From the IMG/VR virus record IMGVR_UViG_3300025389_001063: a stretch of DNA of 64,000 nucleotides, one strand, 5' to 3'. This DNA is from a virus. Taxonomy: Duplodnaviria; Caudoviricetes. Made by a program: the position numbers and the translations under genes. Positions 47,934-56,945 of this stretch are shown here, in pieces (the first letter of the stretch is position 1; each line of letters begins with the position of its first letter). The notes below the pieces were generated by a model. That model worked only from the letters and a program-made list of their open reading frames with translations, was not told where the DNA came from and did not search any database.

Positions 47934-49471
47934 ACGAGAATTTAACGGCAACACAGAATGACTATGCGGTTTTCCTACCTGCCGTTAGTACTTTCTATTC
48001 AACATTTATAGGGAAACAACGATTTAGCAACTATGTAGATCCTACTCGAATACCAGCAGGATTTACTAACGGTGTCGAAGGATTAAACTTCTTTGATCCA
48101 GAAAAAGGTTACTTCTATTACAAGTGGGGATTGTATTCAGCAGGTCATGCTGAATTAGATCTCAATAAGATTAGCGAAAAGGAAGATATGTTTCGCAAAC
48201 GACCACGCAACGGTGATAGCATTGTTGTTGGTGATAGTGGAGGCTTCCAGATCGGTAAAGGCGTTTGGGAAGGTGATTGGAAAGATCCTAATTGTCCTAA
48301 GGCCAAGAAGAAAAGAGAACAAGTCCTTGCTTGGATGGATGCTCTTATGGACTATGGAATGATTCTCGATATTCCGGCATGGGTTGCTCGTAGTCCGGCA
48401 GGTGCTAAAGCAACTGGTATTAGTTCTTATCAAGAAGCAGTTAATGCTACATTCATTAACAATGATTATTTTATTAGAAACAGAAATGGGAGTTGTAAGT
48501 TTTTAAATGTTTTACAAGGTGAAAACCATACCGAGGCCGACGATTGGTACGATCGTCAAAAAAAGTATAGCGATCCTAAAGTATATCCAAATGAACATTT
48601 CAACGGGTGGTCTATGGGTGGTCAAAATATGTGCGATGTTCATCTTGTTTTACGTCGTCTTGTGGCTCTTCGTTATGATGGGCTAATTGAAAAAGGTAAA
48701 CAAGATTGGATGCATTTTCTTGGTACAAGTAAACTAGAGTGGGCATGTTTATTAACTGATATACAACGAGCAGTTCGTAAATATCACAACGAGAACTTTA
48801 CTGTTTCTTTTGATTGTGCTAGTCCTTTTCTTGCTACTGCTAATGGACAAGTTTATATTCAGACAGAAACTCCACATCATAAGAAGTGGACATATCGAAT
48901 GGTTCCTTCTATAGATGATAAAAAATATGCTACAGATACAAGAACATTCCGTGATGCTGTTTTACAAGATGGTATTTTTAAGAACTTTACCGACTCTCCA
49001 ATTAGTTCACGTTCTTTAGTCAAAGATGTTTGTATCTATAAGCCAGGCGATCTAAATAAGAATGGTAAGGAAGGTAGAACTTCTTGGGATAGTTTTTCAT
49101 ATGCCATTCAAATGGGACATAATGTATGGATGCATATTAATTCGGTTCAAGAAGCAAATAGACAATATGATAATAAAGTGATTCCAAACATGTTATTTAT
49201 GGACGGATTTGATAGGCTTTATTTCAAAGATGTAGTGGATAGAATCTTTGAGACTGATGATCGCGACAAAGCATTAGAACTCGTCGACGATTATAACAAG
49301 TTCTGGATTAGCATTATCGGAACAAGAGGTGCTACTGGAAAAAAGACCGTCAATTCTTCAACATTCTTTAATAAACATTTCGACGTTGAAGAAACGCCGG
49401 TCGAACATCATCTAGATGACAGCGGTCTAGATGAAAGTAATCTTGAAAAGTTAGAGGAGTCTGTAGAATGA
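47930..49471 (+). CDS. TGT-fold guanine transglycosylase (DpdA-like)
   Basis: GDSGGFQ, MILDIP, NVLQG, GWSMGG, HFLG, SFDCASP, GHN motifs; no CxCxxC zinc site; true start likely 47930. Confidence 0.8.
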   Translation: MNENLTATQNDYAVFLPAVSTFYSTFIGKQRFSNYVDPTRIPAGFTNGVEGLNFFDPEKGYFYYKWGLYSAGHAELDLNKISEKEDMFRKRPRNGDSIVVGDSGGFQIGKGVWEGDWKDPNCPKAKKKREQVLAWMDALMDYGMILDIPAWVARSPAGAKATGISSYQEAVNATFINNDYFIRNRNGSCKFLNVLQGENHTEADDWYDRQKKYSDPKVYPNEHFNGWSMGGQNMCDVHLVLRRLVALRYDGLIEKGKQDWMHFLGTSKLEWACLLTDIQRAVRKYHNENFTVSFDCASPFLATANGQVYIQTETPHHKKWTYRMVPSIDDKKYATDTRTFRDAVLQDGIFKNFTDSPISSRSLVKDVCIYKPGDLNKNGKEGRTSWDSFSYAIQMGHNVWMHINSVQEANRQYDNKVIPNMLFMDGFDRLYFKDVVDRIFETDDRDKALELVDDYNKFWISIIGTRGATGKKTVNSSTFFNKHFDVEETPVEHHLDDSGLDESNLEKLEESVE

Positions 49472-49671
49472 CTGATGACAAACTAAATTCACATTACAGA
49501 GTAGTAAAAGCAAGACATGACGAACTTGACAAAAAGATCGAGGAAGCATATAATCACTATGTTAGTGATGACGAACTTCATAAGATGAAAGTTGAGAAAC
49601 TACATCTTAAAGAAGAAATGGCTAAAATTGAAGCAATTAAAAGTGGTTTTCACGGATATCAAGCAACCTAA
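49468..49671 (+). CDS. DUF465/YdcH-like coiled-coil protein
   Basis: RHDELDKKIEE...LHKMKVEKLHLKEEM. Confidence 0.55.
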   Translation: MTDDKLNSHYRVVKARHDELDKKIEEAYNHYVSDDELHKMKVEKLHLKEEMAKIEAIKSGFHGYQAT

Positions 49672-49680
49672 GGAAATAAA

Positions 49681-50274
49681 ATGAAGAGAGACTACGACAA
49701 TGGTGTTAAAGATGATGTCAAATTCTTTGTTGGCACGGAAATAGAGCATACTCCTGCTTACGAAAAGAAAACACTCTTTGTCGTAGGCTTACAGAATCCA
49801 GATAAGGTTGCTAAACTTGCTCAAGCAATGGATATAGATCATATCTATCTCGGTGCTAATCATAGTTTTAATAATACTAATCTTATGTACTGGGAGGCAG
49901 TTATTTTAGAATTACTTAAAAGAGACTTTTGGGTAACTTTAGATTTTGATTACAAATATTATGAAGATATTATGGATAGTCTTGCTTATTGGAATGAACA
50001 TGATAGATTTATTTCACAAATTAGTATAAAATTACCTTATACATCACTACTTAATTACAATACCTGTATTAAGATTGACGACAAAGACTTTAGAGCAACT
50101 AATCCGGGTGTATGGGTACATCATTTACACGACTTACAGGATCGTAAAAAGTTTACAGATTGGTCACAATATGGCAAAGACACTCCAATAGTTGTAGATG
50201 AACCTAACGAAACTGCTACAACTGTTATAGAAGATGAAATTTTAATTGTGGAGACAGTATACAATGGCGCCTGA
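49681..50274 (+). CDS. Hypothetical protein within the deazaguanine locus
   Basis: 197 aa; HIYLGANHSF, WVTLD and KIDDKDF blocks; AAGGA SD. Confidence 0.6.
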   Translation: MKRDYDNGVKDDVKFFVGTEIEHTPAYEKKTLFVVGLQNPDKVAKLAQAMDIDHIYLGANHSFNNTNLMYWEAVILELLKRDFWVTLDFDYKYYEDIMDSLAYWNEHDRFISQISIKLPYTSLLNYNTCIKIDDKDFRATNPGVWVHHLHDLQDRKKFTDWSQYGKDTPIVVDEPNETATTVIEDEILIVETVYNGA

Positions 50275-50626
50275 TAGTGGAATGATATGGGTTACTTTTC
50301 GTAAGGAAGGTATTCACAAATATCCAGCAGCATTAGATGATCCTAATCTTGCTGATGTTAGTTTTCTCGGTTATCCACATAGACATATGTTCCATTTCAA
50401 AGTTTGGATTGAAGTATTTCATGAAGACCGAGAAATTGAATTTATTCAATTTAAGCGTTGGCTAGAAAGTTTGTATAGCGGAACACTCGAATTAAGTTAC
50501 AAAAGTTGCGAAATGATTGCACAAGATTTATATCTTCAAATTAAACAAAAATATCCAGGGCGTGAGACTTGGATTGAAGTTAGTGAGGATGGAGAAAATG
50601 GCTGTTTCAAACAATGGAAAAACTAA
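50264..50626 (+). CDS. QueD-like T-fold protein with an atypical LxxxHRHxF motif
   Basis: FLGYPHRHMF instead of CxxxHGH; SCEMIA; VSEDGENG. Confidence 0.7.
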   Translation: MAPDSGMIWVTFRKEGIHKYPAALDDPNLADVSFLGYPHRHMFHFKVWIEVFHEDREIEFIQFKRWLESLYSGTLELSYKSCEMIAQDLYLQIKQKYPGRETWIEVSEDGENGCFKQWKN

Positions 50627-50639
50627 GGAGAACAATATA

Positions 50640-50846
50640 ATGGCGTTTAGTAGATATCCTGATATTAATAAAATCTTTGATGAATTAGATGCTTATCTAG
50701 CATTTTGTAAAGAGTTTGGTTACGTGTATAATGAGAAGGACTTATATAATTTCAAGACACCATATGGTCAATTTGATCGTTGGAAGCGAGGCCAAAGAAT
50801 AACAAACAATTGGAGAGAAGATAGATTCAATGTTGTATCTAGTTGA
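50640..50846 (+). CDS. Small hypothetical protein
   Basis: Start MAFSRY with AAGGAG. Confidence 0.6.
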   Translation: MAFSRYPDINKIFDELDAYLAFCKEFGYVYNEKDLYNFKTPYGQFDRWKRGQRITNNWREDRFNVVSS

Positions 50847-51912
50847 TTTGGAACCAGTCGATACTCGTTATACTTCACAATGGAGAAAATATCTACCTCT
50901 TCAATTAAGAGATGCAGGTATTGAAACAACCATTATACCAGGAGGACATGTTCCACAAACTTTAACTCCAGGTGCTTTTTTAAACTTTGCCGGTACTAAT
51001 AATTACAAAAGCCAACAAATGTTAAGAATAAGTCAATTATTCTCAAATGGATCTATCAAGGACGGTGATTATTTCTTATATACCGATGCTTGGAACCCTA
51101 CCGTTATACAATTAAAGTATATGGCAGAATTACTAGGTATTAAGATTAAAATTGGTGGTATGTGGCATGCTGGTAGTTATGATCCTCAAGACTTTCTAGG
51201 TAGGCTCATAGGTGATGTTCCTTGGGTAAGAAATGCTGAGGCATCTATGTTTCATTGCTATGATCATAATTTCTTTGCTACCGAATTTCATCTCAAAATG
51301 TTTCTTAAAGAACTGTTTGGCGAAGATGACATTGAGGGATGGAAAGAATATTATCCAGGAACATTGCTTGTCGGATGGCCGATGGAATATCTTTACGAAT
51401 TATTAGCACCATATATGCCTGTTCCTAAAGAAAATATAATAGTATTTCCTCATAGACTAGCACCAGAAAAACAGCCTGAGATATTTGATGATCTTGCAAT
51501 GTCTATGGAAGATTATGAATACAAGTGGATTAAAGCACAAGAAACTGTATTAACAAAAAATGAATATTATAGATTGTTAGGTCAAAGTAAAATAGTCTTT
51601 AGTGCTAATTTACAAGAAACATTAGGTATAAGTGTATATGAAGGTGCAATGGTTGGATCATTCCCGTTAATGCCAAATAGATTAAGTTATAAAGAAATGT
51701 GGCCGGCAGATTCTCTGTATCCAAGTGAATGGACAGAAAGTTGGGATTCATACCTAGAACATAAAGACAAACTAATAAATGTTATACACCGAATAATGAA
51801 TTCGTATGATATACCAATGTTAGTTGAATCTAGAAGAATTGCCGAAGAAGTTGGTGAAAAATTCTTTAACGGTAAAGAGATTTATAAGACTATAATTGAC
51901 TCTACAACCTAA
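50830..51912 (+). CDS. GT-B glycosyltransferase embedded in the deazaguanine locus
   Basis: FPHRLAPEKQP and QETLGISVYEG (E-x7-E) motifs. Confidence 0.75.
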   Translation: MLYLVDLEPVDTRYTSQWRKYLPLQLRDAGIETTIIPGGHVPQTLTPGAFLNFAGTNNYKSQQMLRISQLFSNGSIKDGDYFLYTDAWNPTVIQLKYMAELLGIKIKIGGMWHAGSYDPQDFLGRLIGDVPWVRNAEASMFHCYDHNFFATEFHLKMFLKELFGEDDIEGWKEYYPGTLLVGWPMEYLYELLAPYMPVPKENIIVFPHRLAPEKQPEIFDDLAMSMEDYEYKWIKAQETVLTKNEYYRLLGQSKIVFSANLQETLGISVYEGAMVGSFPLMPNRLSYKEMWPADSLYPSEWTESWDSYLEHKDKLINVIHRIMNSYDIPMLVESRRIAEEVGEKFFNGKEIYKTIIDSTT

Positions 51913-51924
51913 ATAGTATACAAT
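51896..51924 (+). promoter_or_regulatory. Sigma70-like promoter for folE
   Basis: TTGACT-N17-TACAAT. Confidence 0.65.
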
Positions 51925-51964
51925 TAACAAATCGCAATCCACTGCGTTAACATCGGAGAAAGAA

Positions 51965-52657
51965 ATGACAATGACTAACTGTACTTGCAATGGCACAGCC
52001 GCTGCTATTGCTCAACGTCTAAAAGATAAAGGCGTTAGATTTTTTTGTAATGATAATATTAGTGAATATATCTTTCCTGAAGAACACGATCTGCTTCTAG
52101 CAGAAGTCGAAGAAAACATGAAGAAGGTTCTCGAAAGTCTTGTCATTGATACAGAAAACGATCATAATACAAACGATACTGCTCATCGTGTTGCTAAAAT
52201 GTTTATGAATGAAATCTTTGCTGGTCGGTATGAGCCACAACCAAAGATTACAGCATTTCCAAATGCTAATTCTTATGATGAACTTTATGTAACTGGTCCC
52301 ATTACTATTCGTTCAACTTGTGCCCATCATTTTCAAGGTATTAGAGGTAGAGCATATATTGGAGTATTTCCAGGTAAAAATGTTATCGGATTAAGTAAAT
52401 TTAATCGTATCACAGATTGGATTGCTAGTCGTCCACAAATACAAGAAGAAATGACTGTACAAGTTGCTGATGCAATTGAAAAAGCAACAAAAGCAGAAGG
52501 TGTTGCTGTTCTCATACAAGCAGAACATTTGTGTATGACACATCGGGGTGTAAAAGAACACGAGAGTGATATGACAACTTCTATTATGCGTGGTGCTTTT
52601 AGATCTGATCCACATTTGAAACAAGAATTTTTTAATATAGTAGCGAGGATGAAATAA
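51965..52657 (+). CDS. folE: GTP cyclohydrolase I
   Basis: STCAHHF, GLSKFNRI, RPQIQEEMT, HLCMTHRGV. Confidence 0.95.
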   Translation: MTMTNCTCNGTAAAIAQRLKDKGVRFFCNDNISEYIFPEEHDLLLAEVEENMKKVLESLVIDTENDHNTNDTAHRVAKMFMNEIFAGRYEPQPKITAFPNANSYDELYVTGPITIRSTCAHHFQGIRGRAYIGVFPGKNVIGLSKFNRITDWIASRPQIQEEMTVQVADAIEKATKAEGVAVLIQAEHLCMTHRGVKEHESDMTTSIMRGAFRSDPHLKQEFFNIVARMK

Positions 52658-53122
52658 ATGTCATGGCTAAAAGGTATGCTTGAAAATAGTAGTACAAGTA
52701 CAAGTAATGGAACATATGGAGTAGTAGGTGCTACAACTCCTTCCACGTTACCATATACATCTCCAACAACAAATATTGTAGGACCAACTCCTACTACTGT
52801 TCCTAATGGTGGATATTACAGTGGAAGTGGTGGCGGAAATATATCTACTACAACTTATCCATATGTTACAACAGGTACAGGTGGATTACAAAATAATTAT
52901 GGTAATAATATTCATATTAGTGGTACAAATCCTACATTAGCGACAGATAAAGTAAAAATTAATCTTAATGAATTAGGTGAATTAATATCTGTAATAAAAG
53001 AACGTTTATTAATCATTACACCAAATTTTGAAAAGATGGAAAAATATCAAGCATTAAAGAAAGCATACGATCATTATAAATTATTAGAATCGATGCTTGG
53101 AGACGAAGGTGACAAAAAATAA
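52658..53122 (+). CDS. Hypothetical protein: low-complexity T/G/S N-terminus and helical C-terminus
   Basis: C-terminal YQALKKAYDHYK. Confidence 0.55.
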   Translation: MSWLKGMLENSSTSTSNGTYGVVGATTPSTLPYTSPTTNIVGPTPTTVPNGGYYSGSGGGNISTTTYPYVTTGTGGLQNNYGNNIHISGTNPTLATDKVKINLNELGELISVIKERLLIITPNFEKMEKYQALKKAYDHYKLLESMLGDEGDKK

Positions 53123-53597
53123 TAGTATATGGGGTAAAGGTAAAAACGGTGAAGATCTTTGTATAACATCAGACATGCTAGATAGTTGGCAAAAACATGT
53201 TGATCAAATTAATTTGGAAAAAACAATGATTAATACAGGAACAATTACAATACCAAGTAACAATACTATAGATCTTAGTAATATCACTATTGATGCTAGT
53301 AGCAGTAACAATATGTATTACACTAATAGTGATGGAACAATAAGCACTATTACATTATCACCTCCAAGTGCTAGTAATACTTCTTCCACTTATACAATAG
53401 ACACCGAAAGATATTGGGATACTCACAGTGATTTTTTTCGACAAATGCGAGAATTTGAAGACATTATGCCTTCCTTGACAAAAGTCGAAGAAATGTGTAG
53501 TATGTATCCATCACTAGATAAAGCCTTTGAAAATTTCAAAGCCATTTATAATCTAGTTAAAGATGATTACGAGGCAAGAAAAAACAATGATACCTAA
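53097..53597 (+). CDS. Hypothetical protein, probable paralog of 52658
   Basis: T/S/N-rich middle; C-terminal YPSLDKAFENFK. Confidence 0.55.
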   Translation: METKVTKNNSIWGKGKNGEDLCITSDMLDSWQKHVDQINLEKTMINTGTITIPSNNTIDLSNITIDASSSNNMYYTNSDGTISTITLSPPSASNTSSTYTIDTERYWDTHSDFFRQMREFEDIMPSLTKVEEMCSMYPSLDKAFENFKAIYNLVKDDYEARKNNDT

Positions 53598-54084
53598 GAC
53601 ATATATCTCATGGCAAGACGTTCAAGGACATGTAAACAATATAGCAGTAAAACTATATCGAGATAATTGGACACCTGATTACATTGTAGGTATACATAGT
53701 GGTGGATCCATTCCTGCTGTTATGCTCTCTAAAATGTTAGGTATTAAATCATATAGTCTCGATGTTAGACTTCGCGACAACGACGAAGATCCAGAAACTA
53801 ATGCTTGGATGAGTGAAGATGCTTTTAATGGTATAAAGATTCTAGTTGTAGACGATATCAACGACAGTGGTGCTACTATTAATTGGATTAAAAAAGATTG
53901 GAAAGATAGTTCTTTGCCTTATGATATTAAATGGGATACTATATTTGGAGATAATGTAAAATTTGCTACAATGATTAATAATCTATCTAGTAATTCGACT
54001 GTAGATTATTACTCAACTGAGATTAATAAAGCAGAAAAAGACGAATGGATTGTTTTTCCTTGGGAAGATTTTTGGAGTAGATAA
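53587..54084 (+). CDS. Type I phosphoribosyltransferase (xanthine/guanine PRT-like)
   Basis: ILVVDDINDSGAT PRPP-binding loop; WIVFPWE C-terminus. Confidence 0.85.
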   Translation: MIPKTYISWQDVQGHVNNIAVKLYRDNWTPDYIVGIHSGGSIPAVMLSKMLGIKSYSLDVRLRDNDEDPETNAWMSEDAFNGIKILVVDDINDSGATINWIKKDWKDSSLPYDIKWDTIFGDNVKFATMINNLSSNSTVDYYSTEINKAEKDEWIVFPWEDFWSR

Positions 54085-54281
54085 TGGATAAGATAGCATA
54101 TTTTCTTTCAATCTTAGCAGGTATAATGTTAATTGTACTAACTGTAACTCATATGTCTCAAGCCAAAAAGTTTCTTGTTGATATTGAAACAGAATTAACA
54201 ACTATTAACAAATCTTTAAAACATTTGAATAGAGATTTTAGTAATTTTCCTCCCAACTTATCTGATCTAGAAAAAAGATAA
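54084..54281 (+). CDS. Small membrane-anchored protein
   Basis: N-terminal hydrophobic helix followed by a coiled coil. Confidence 0.5.
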   Translation: MDKIAYFLSILAGIMLIVLTVTHMSQAKKFLVDIETELTTINKSLKHLNRDFSNFPPNLSDLEKR

Positions 54282-54283
54282 TA

Positions 54284-54312
54284 TTGACATTTACGTTTAG
54301 AAAGCGTATATT
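54284..54312 (+). promoter_or_regulatory. Sigma70-like promoter, leaderless arrangement
   Basis: TTGACA-N17-TATATT, then 6 nt to ATG 54319; no SD. Confidence 0.7.
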
Positions 54313-54318
54313 AATATT

Positions 54319-55170
54319 ATGAAAATCAAAATATCAGAAATCTTTTACAGTCTGCAAGGCGAAGGACAGTATATAGGTGTTCCTAGTATCTTTTTAAGAA
54401 CATTTGGATGTAATTTTACCTGCGGCGGATTTGGAATGCCACGAGGAAAAGTTTCTACTGAAAGAGATGAGATTGCTAAAAAATCTCTCGAATATATTGA
54501 TTATAAAAATTTGCCATTAGTTAGCACAGGTTGTGACAGTTATGCTTCTTGGGATCCTAGATTTAAACATCTATCACCTTTTATGGAAGTCGTAGATATT
54601 GTTGATCGTTTTCAAAAACTACTTCCAGATAGAAAGTTTGGAGAAAAACATTTAATTATTACAGGAGGCGAACCTTTATTAGGTTGGCAACGTTCTTATC
54701 CAGAATTAATTGCTGAGATTTATAATCGAGAAATGAATCTAAAATATTTGACTTTTGAAACTAATGGAACTCAACCATTAGAAGAAAATTTTAAAAAATT
54801 CTTAATCGAGTTAGTTGAAACATTTGGAATAGAAATTACATTTTCAATTAGTTCCAAACTTCCATGTAGTGGTGAAAAGTTTGATGATGCTATTAAACCA
54901 GAAGTTGTAAAAGATTATCTTACTATTCCAAACAGAAGTTATTTCAAATTTGTCATTGCTAATGAACAGGATGCATTAGATGCTCAAGCAGCATTAGGAG
55001 AATATAAGAAAGCAGGAATTGATATTCCAGTTTACTTAATGCCAATCGGTGGTACTAATTCAGTATACGAAATGAATGAAAGACAAGTTGCAGATTATGC
55101 TAGGGATATTGGATATAGGTTTAGTCCACGTATTCAAGTTCCACTATATAAAAATGAATGGGGGACCTAA
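54319..55170 (+). CDS. queE: 7-carboxy-7-deazaguanine synthase (radical SAM)
   Basis: SEIFYSLQGEG, FLRTFGCNFTC...GCDS, ITGGEPL, ETNGT, SPR.Q motifs. Confidence 0.9.
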   Translation: MKIKISEIFYSLQGEGQYIGVPSIFLRTFGCNFTCGGFGMPRGKVSTERDEIAKKSLEYIDYKNLPLVSTGCDSYASWDPRFKHLSPFMEVVDIVDRFQKLLPDRKFGEKHLIITGGEPLLGWQRSYPELIAEIYNREMNLKYLTFETNGTQPLEENFKKFLIELVETFGIEITFSISSKLPCSGEKFDDAIKPEVVKDYLTIPNRSYFKFVIANEQDALDAQAALGEYKKAGIDIPVYLMPIGGTNSVYEMNERQVADYARDIGYRFSPRIQVPLYKNEWGT

Positions 55171-55508
55171 TGGGACTTTGGAATTGGATTTTACACGGTG
55201 CGTTTGAACCAAAAAAAGAAGAACAAGCAGTTGAGCAACCAAAAGTTAAAAAACCAAAATTAACAGAAAAAGAACGTGCTACAAAAAACAAAGAACCATT
55301 TGTACAAGTTCTAGAAACTCATGTTGATCCAAATAATCCAGCAAATGGATACTTTGAATTAGATTGGAACAGTTACTTCATTGACGATTTACGAAAAGCA
55401 GGTTATACTGGTAAAACTGAAGAGGAGATAATTGATCAATGGTTCAAACAATTATGCCAGAACATACTAGCAGAAGAACAAATGAACAAGGTAGTCCGAA
55501 TCACATGA
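55158..55508 (+). CDS. Hypothetical protein
   Basis: 116 aa; GYFELDWN block. Confidence 0.6.
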   Translation: MGDLMGLWNWILHGAFEPKKEEQAVEQPKVKKPKLTEKERATKNKEPFVQVLETHVDPNNPANGYFELDWNSYFIDDLRKAGYTGKTEEEIIDQWFKQLCQNILAEEQMNKVVRIT

Positions 55509-56470
55509 ACTATATAATTGTAGATACTGCTAACACATTTTTTCGAGCCCGACATGTTGTTCGCGGAGATGCTGATATTAAAATAGGAATGGCACTACAT
55601 GTTACATTGGCAAGTATTAAAAAAGCATGGCAAGACTTTAACGGCAATCATGTCGTCTTTTGCTTGGAGGGTCGTTCTTGGCGCAAGGACTATTATCCAC
55701 CTTATAAGCGTAATAGGACAGAGGCTCGCGCCGCTCTAACTGAAAAGGAGGCGGAAGAGGATAAACTTTTCTGGGAAACATTTGATAAGTTTAAAGAATT
55801 TATTATCGAAAAAACTAATTGTACTGTACTTCAAAACGATCAACTTGAGGCTGATGACCTTATTGCAGGATGGATTGAATCTCATCCTAATGACAATCAC
55901 ATTATTATCTCTACTGATTCCGATTTTGTCCAGCTTATTGCTCCAAATGTTAAACAATATCACGGAATTAACGAACACATCATTACAAATGAAGGAACCT
56001 TTACTCTTAAAGGAAAACCGGTTATTGATAATAAAACTAAACAACCCAAAGGAGCAATTGATCCAGAATGGCTTCTTTTTGAAAAGTGTATGCGTGGTGA
56101 CCCGACTGATAATGTCTTTTCAGCCTATCCAAAGGTGCGTAAGAATAAACTTCAAGAAGCTTATGAAGATCGTAGAAATAAAGGTTTTGCATGGAATAAT
56201 CTTATGTTACAGCGTTGGGTTGATCACGAAGGCGCTGAACATCGTGTACTCGATGATTATGAACGCAATCGCAGACTTATTGATCTTAAATCTCAACCGG
56301 ATGAAATTAAACAAATCATCCAAGATGTTGTTAGAACAAATAGTATTCCTAAGAATGTTGAACAAGTAGGAATAAGATTAATGAAATTCTGCGGATTATT
56401 TGATCTTGTTAAAATTTCAGAACAAGCACAACAATATGTTGAACCCTTAAATGCAAAATATCCGGAGTAA
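55505..56470 (+). CDS. 5'-3' exonuclease / T4 RNase H-like flap endonuclease
   Basis: IVDTANTFFRA, SWRKDYYPPYKRNR, EADDLI, STDSDFVQL, GDPTDNV. Confidence 0.9.
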   Translation: MNYIIVDTANTFFRARHVVRGDADIKIGMALHVTLASIKKAWQDFNGNHVVFCLEGRSWRKDYYPPYKRNRTEARAALTEKEAEEDKLFWETFDKFKEFIIEKTNCTVLQNDQLEADDLIAGWIESHPNDNHIIISTDSDFVQLIAPNVKQYHGINEHIITNEGTFTLKGKPVIDNKTKQPKGAIDPEWLLFEKCMRGDPTDNVFSAYPKVRKNKLQEAYEDRRNKGFAWNNLMLQRWVDHEGAEHRVLDDYERNRRLIDLKSQPDEIKQIIQDVVRTNSIPKNVEQVGIRLMKFCGLFDLVKISEQAQQYVEPLNAKYPE

Positions 56471-56474
56471 TAAA

Positions 56475-56945
56475 ATGGAAATGAAAGCAAAGCCAGTTAT
56501 TGATGGTAAGTTTTGGATTATCGAGAGTGGAGTTAATCGTGTTGGAACTTTACAAAGAGACGAATCGAATAAGTTTATACTTGTTTCGAATAAACAAAAA
56601 GCGGTTTTTAAAGATGTTAAAACTTTGGAAAAGCAATTTGGAAAAAACTTTTTTGTTACAGCAAAGACAGAAAAGTCTTCTAAAGACGCAAATGAAATTT
56701 ACGGATATCCAACAAATTGCGACCCACATAATCCGATGTATGATATCAAACGTAAATTACCTTTGTTCACCAAGAGCGATGCCAGCAAGAGCGTTTATTG
56801 TGCTGGTTATTATGCTATACGTTTTGACAAAGGTTGGGTAAGAAGTTTTTGTCCAAAATTAATTACTATACAAAGATACAATCATAAAGGTCCCTTTAAA
56901 ACAGAACTAGAATTAAAACAGGTTTTAAGTAATGTCAACAGATAA
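56475..56945 (+). CDS. Hypothetical protein
   Basis: Likely start MEMKAKPV with GGAG upstream. Confidence 0.6.
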   Translation: MEMKAKPVIDGKFWIIESGVNRVGTLQRDESNKFILVSNKQKAVFKDVKTLEKQFGKNFFVTAKTEKSSKDANEIYGYPTNCDPHNPMYDIKRKLPLFTKSDASKSVYCAGYYAIRFDKGWVRSFCPKLITIQRYNHKGPFKTELELKQVLSNVNR

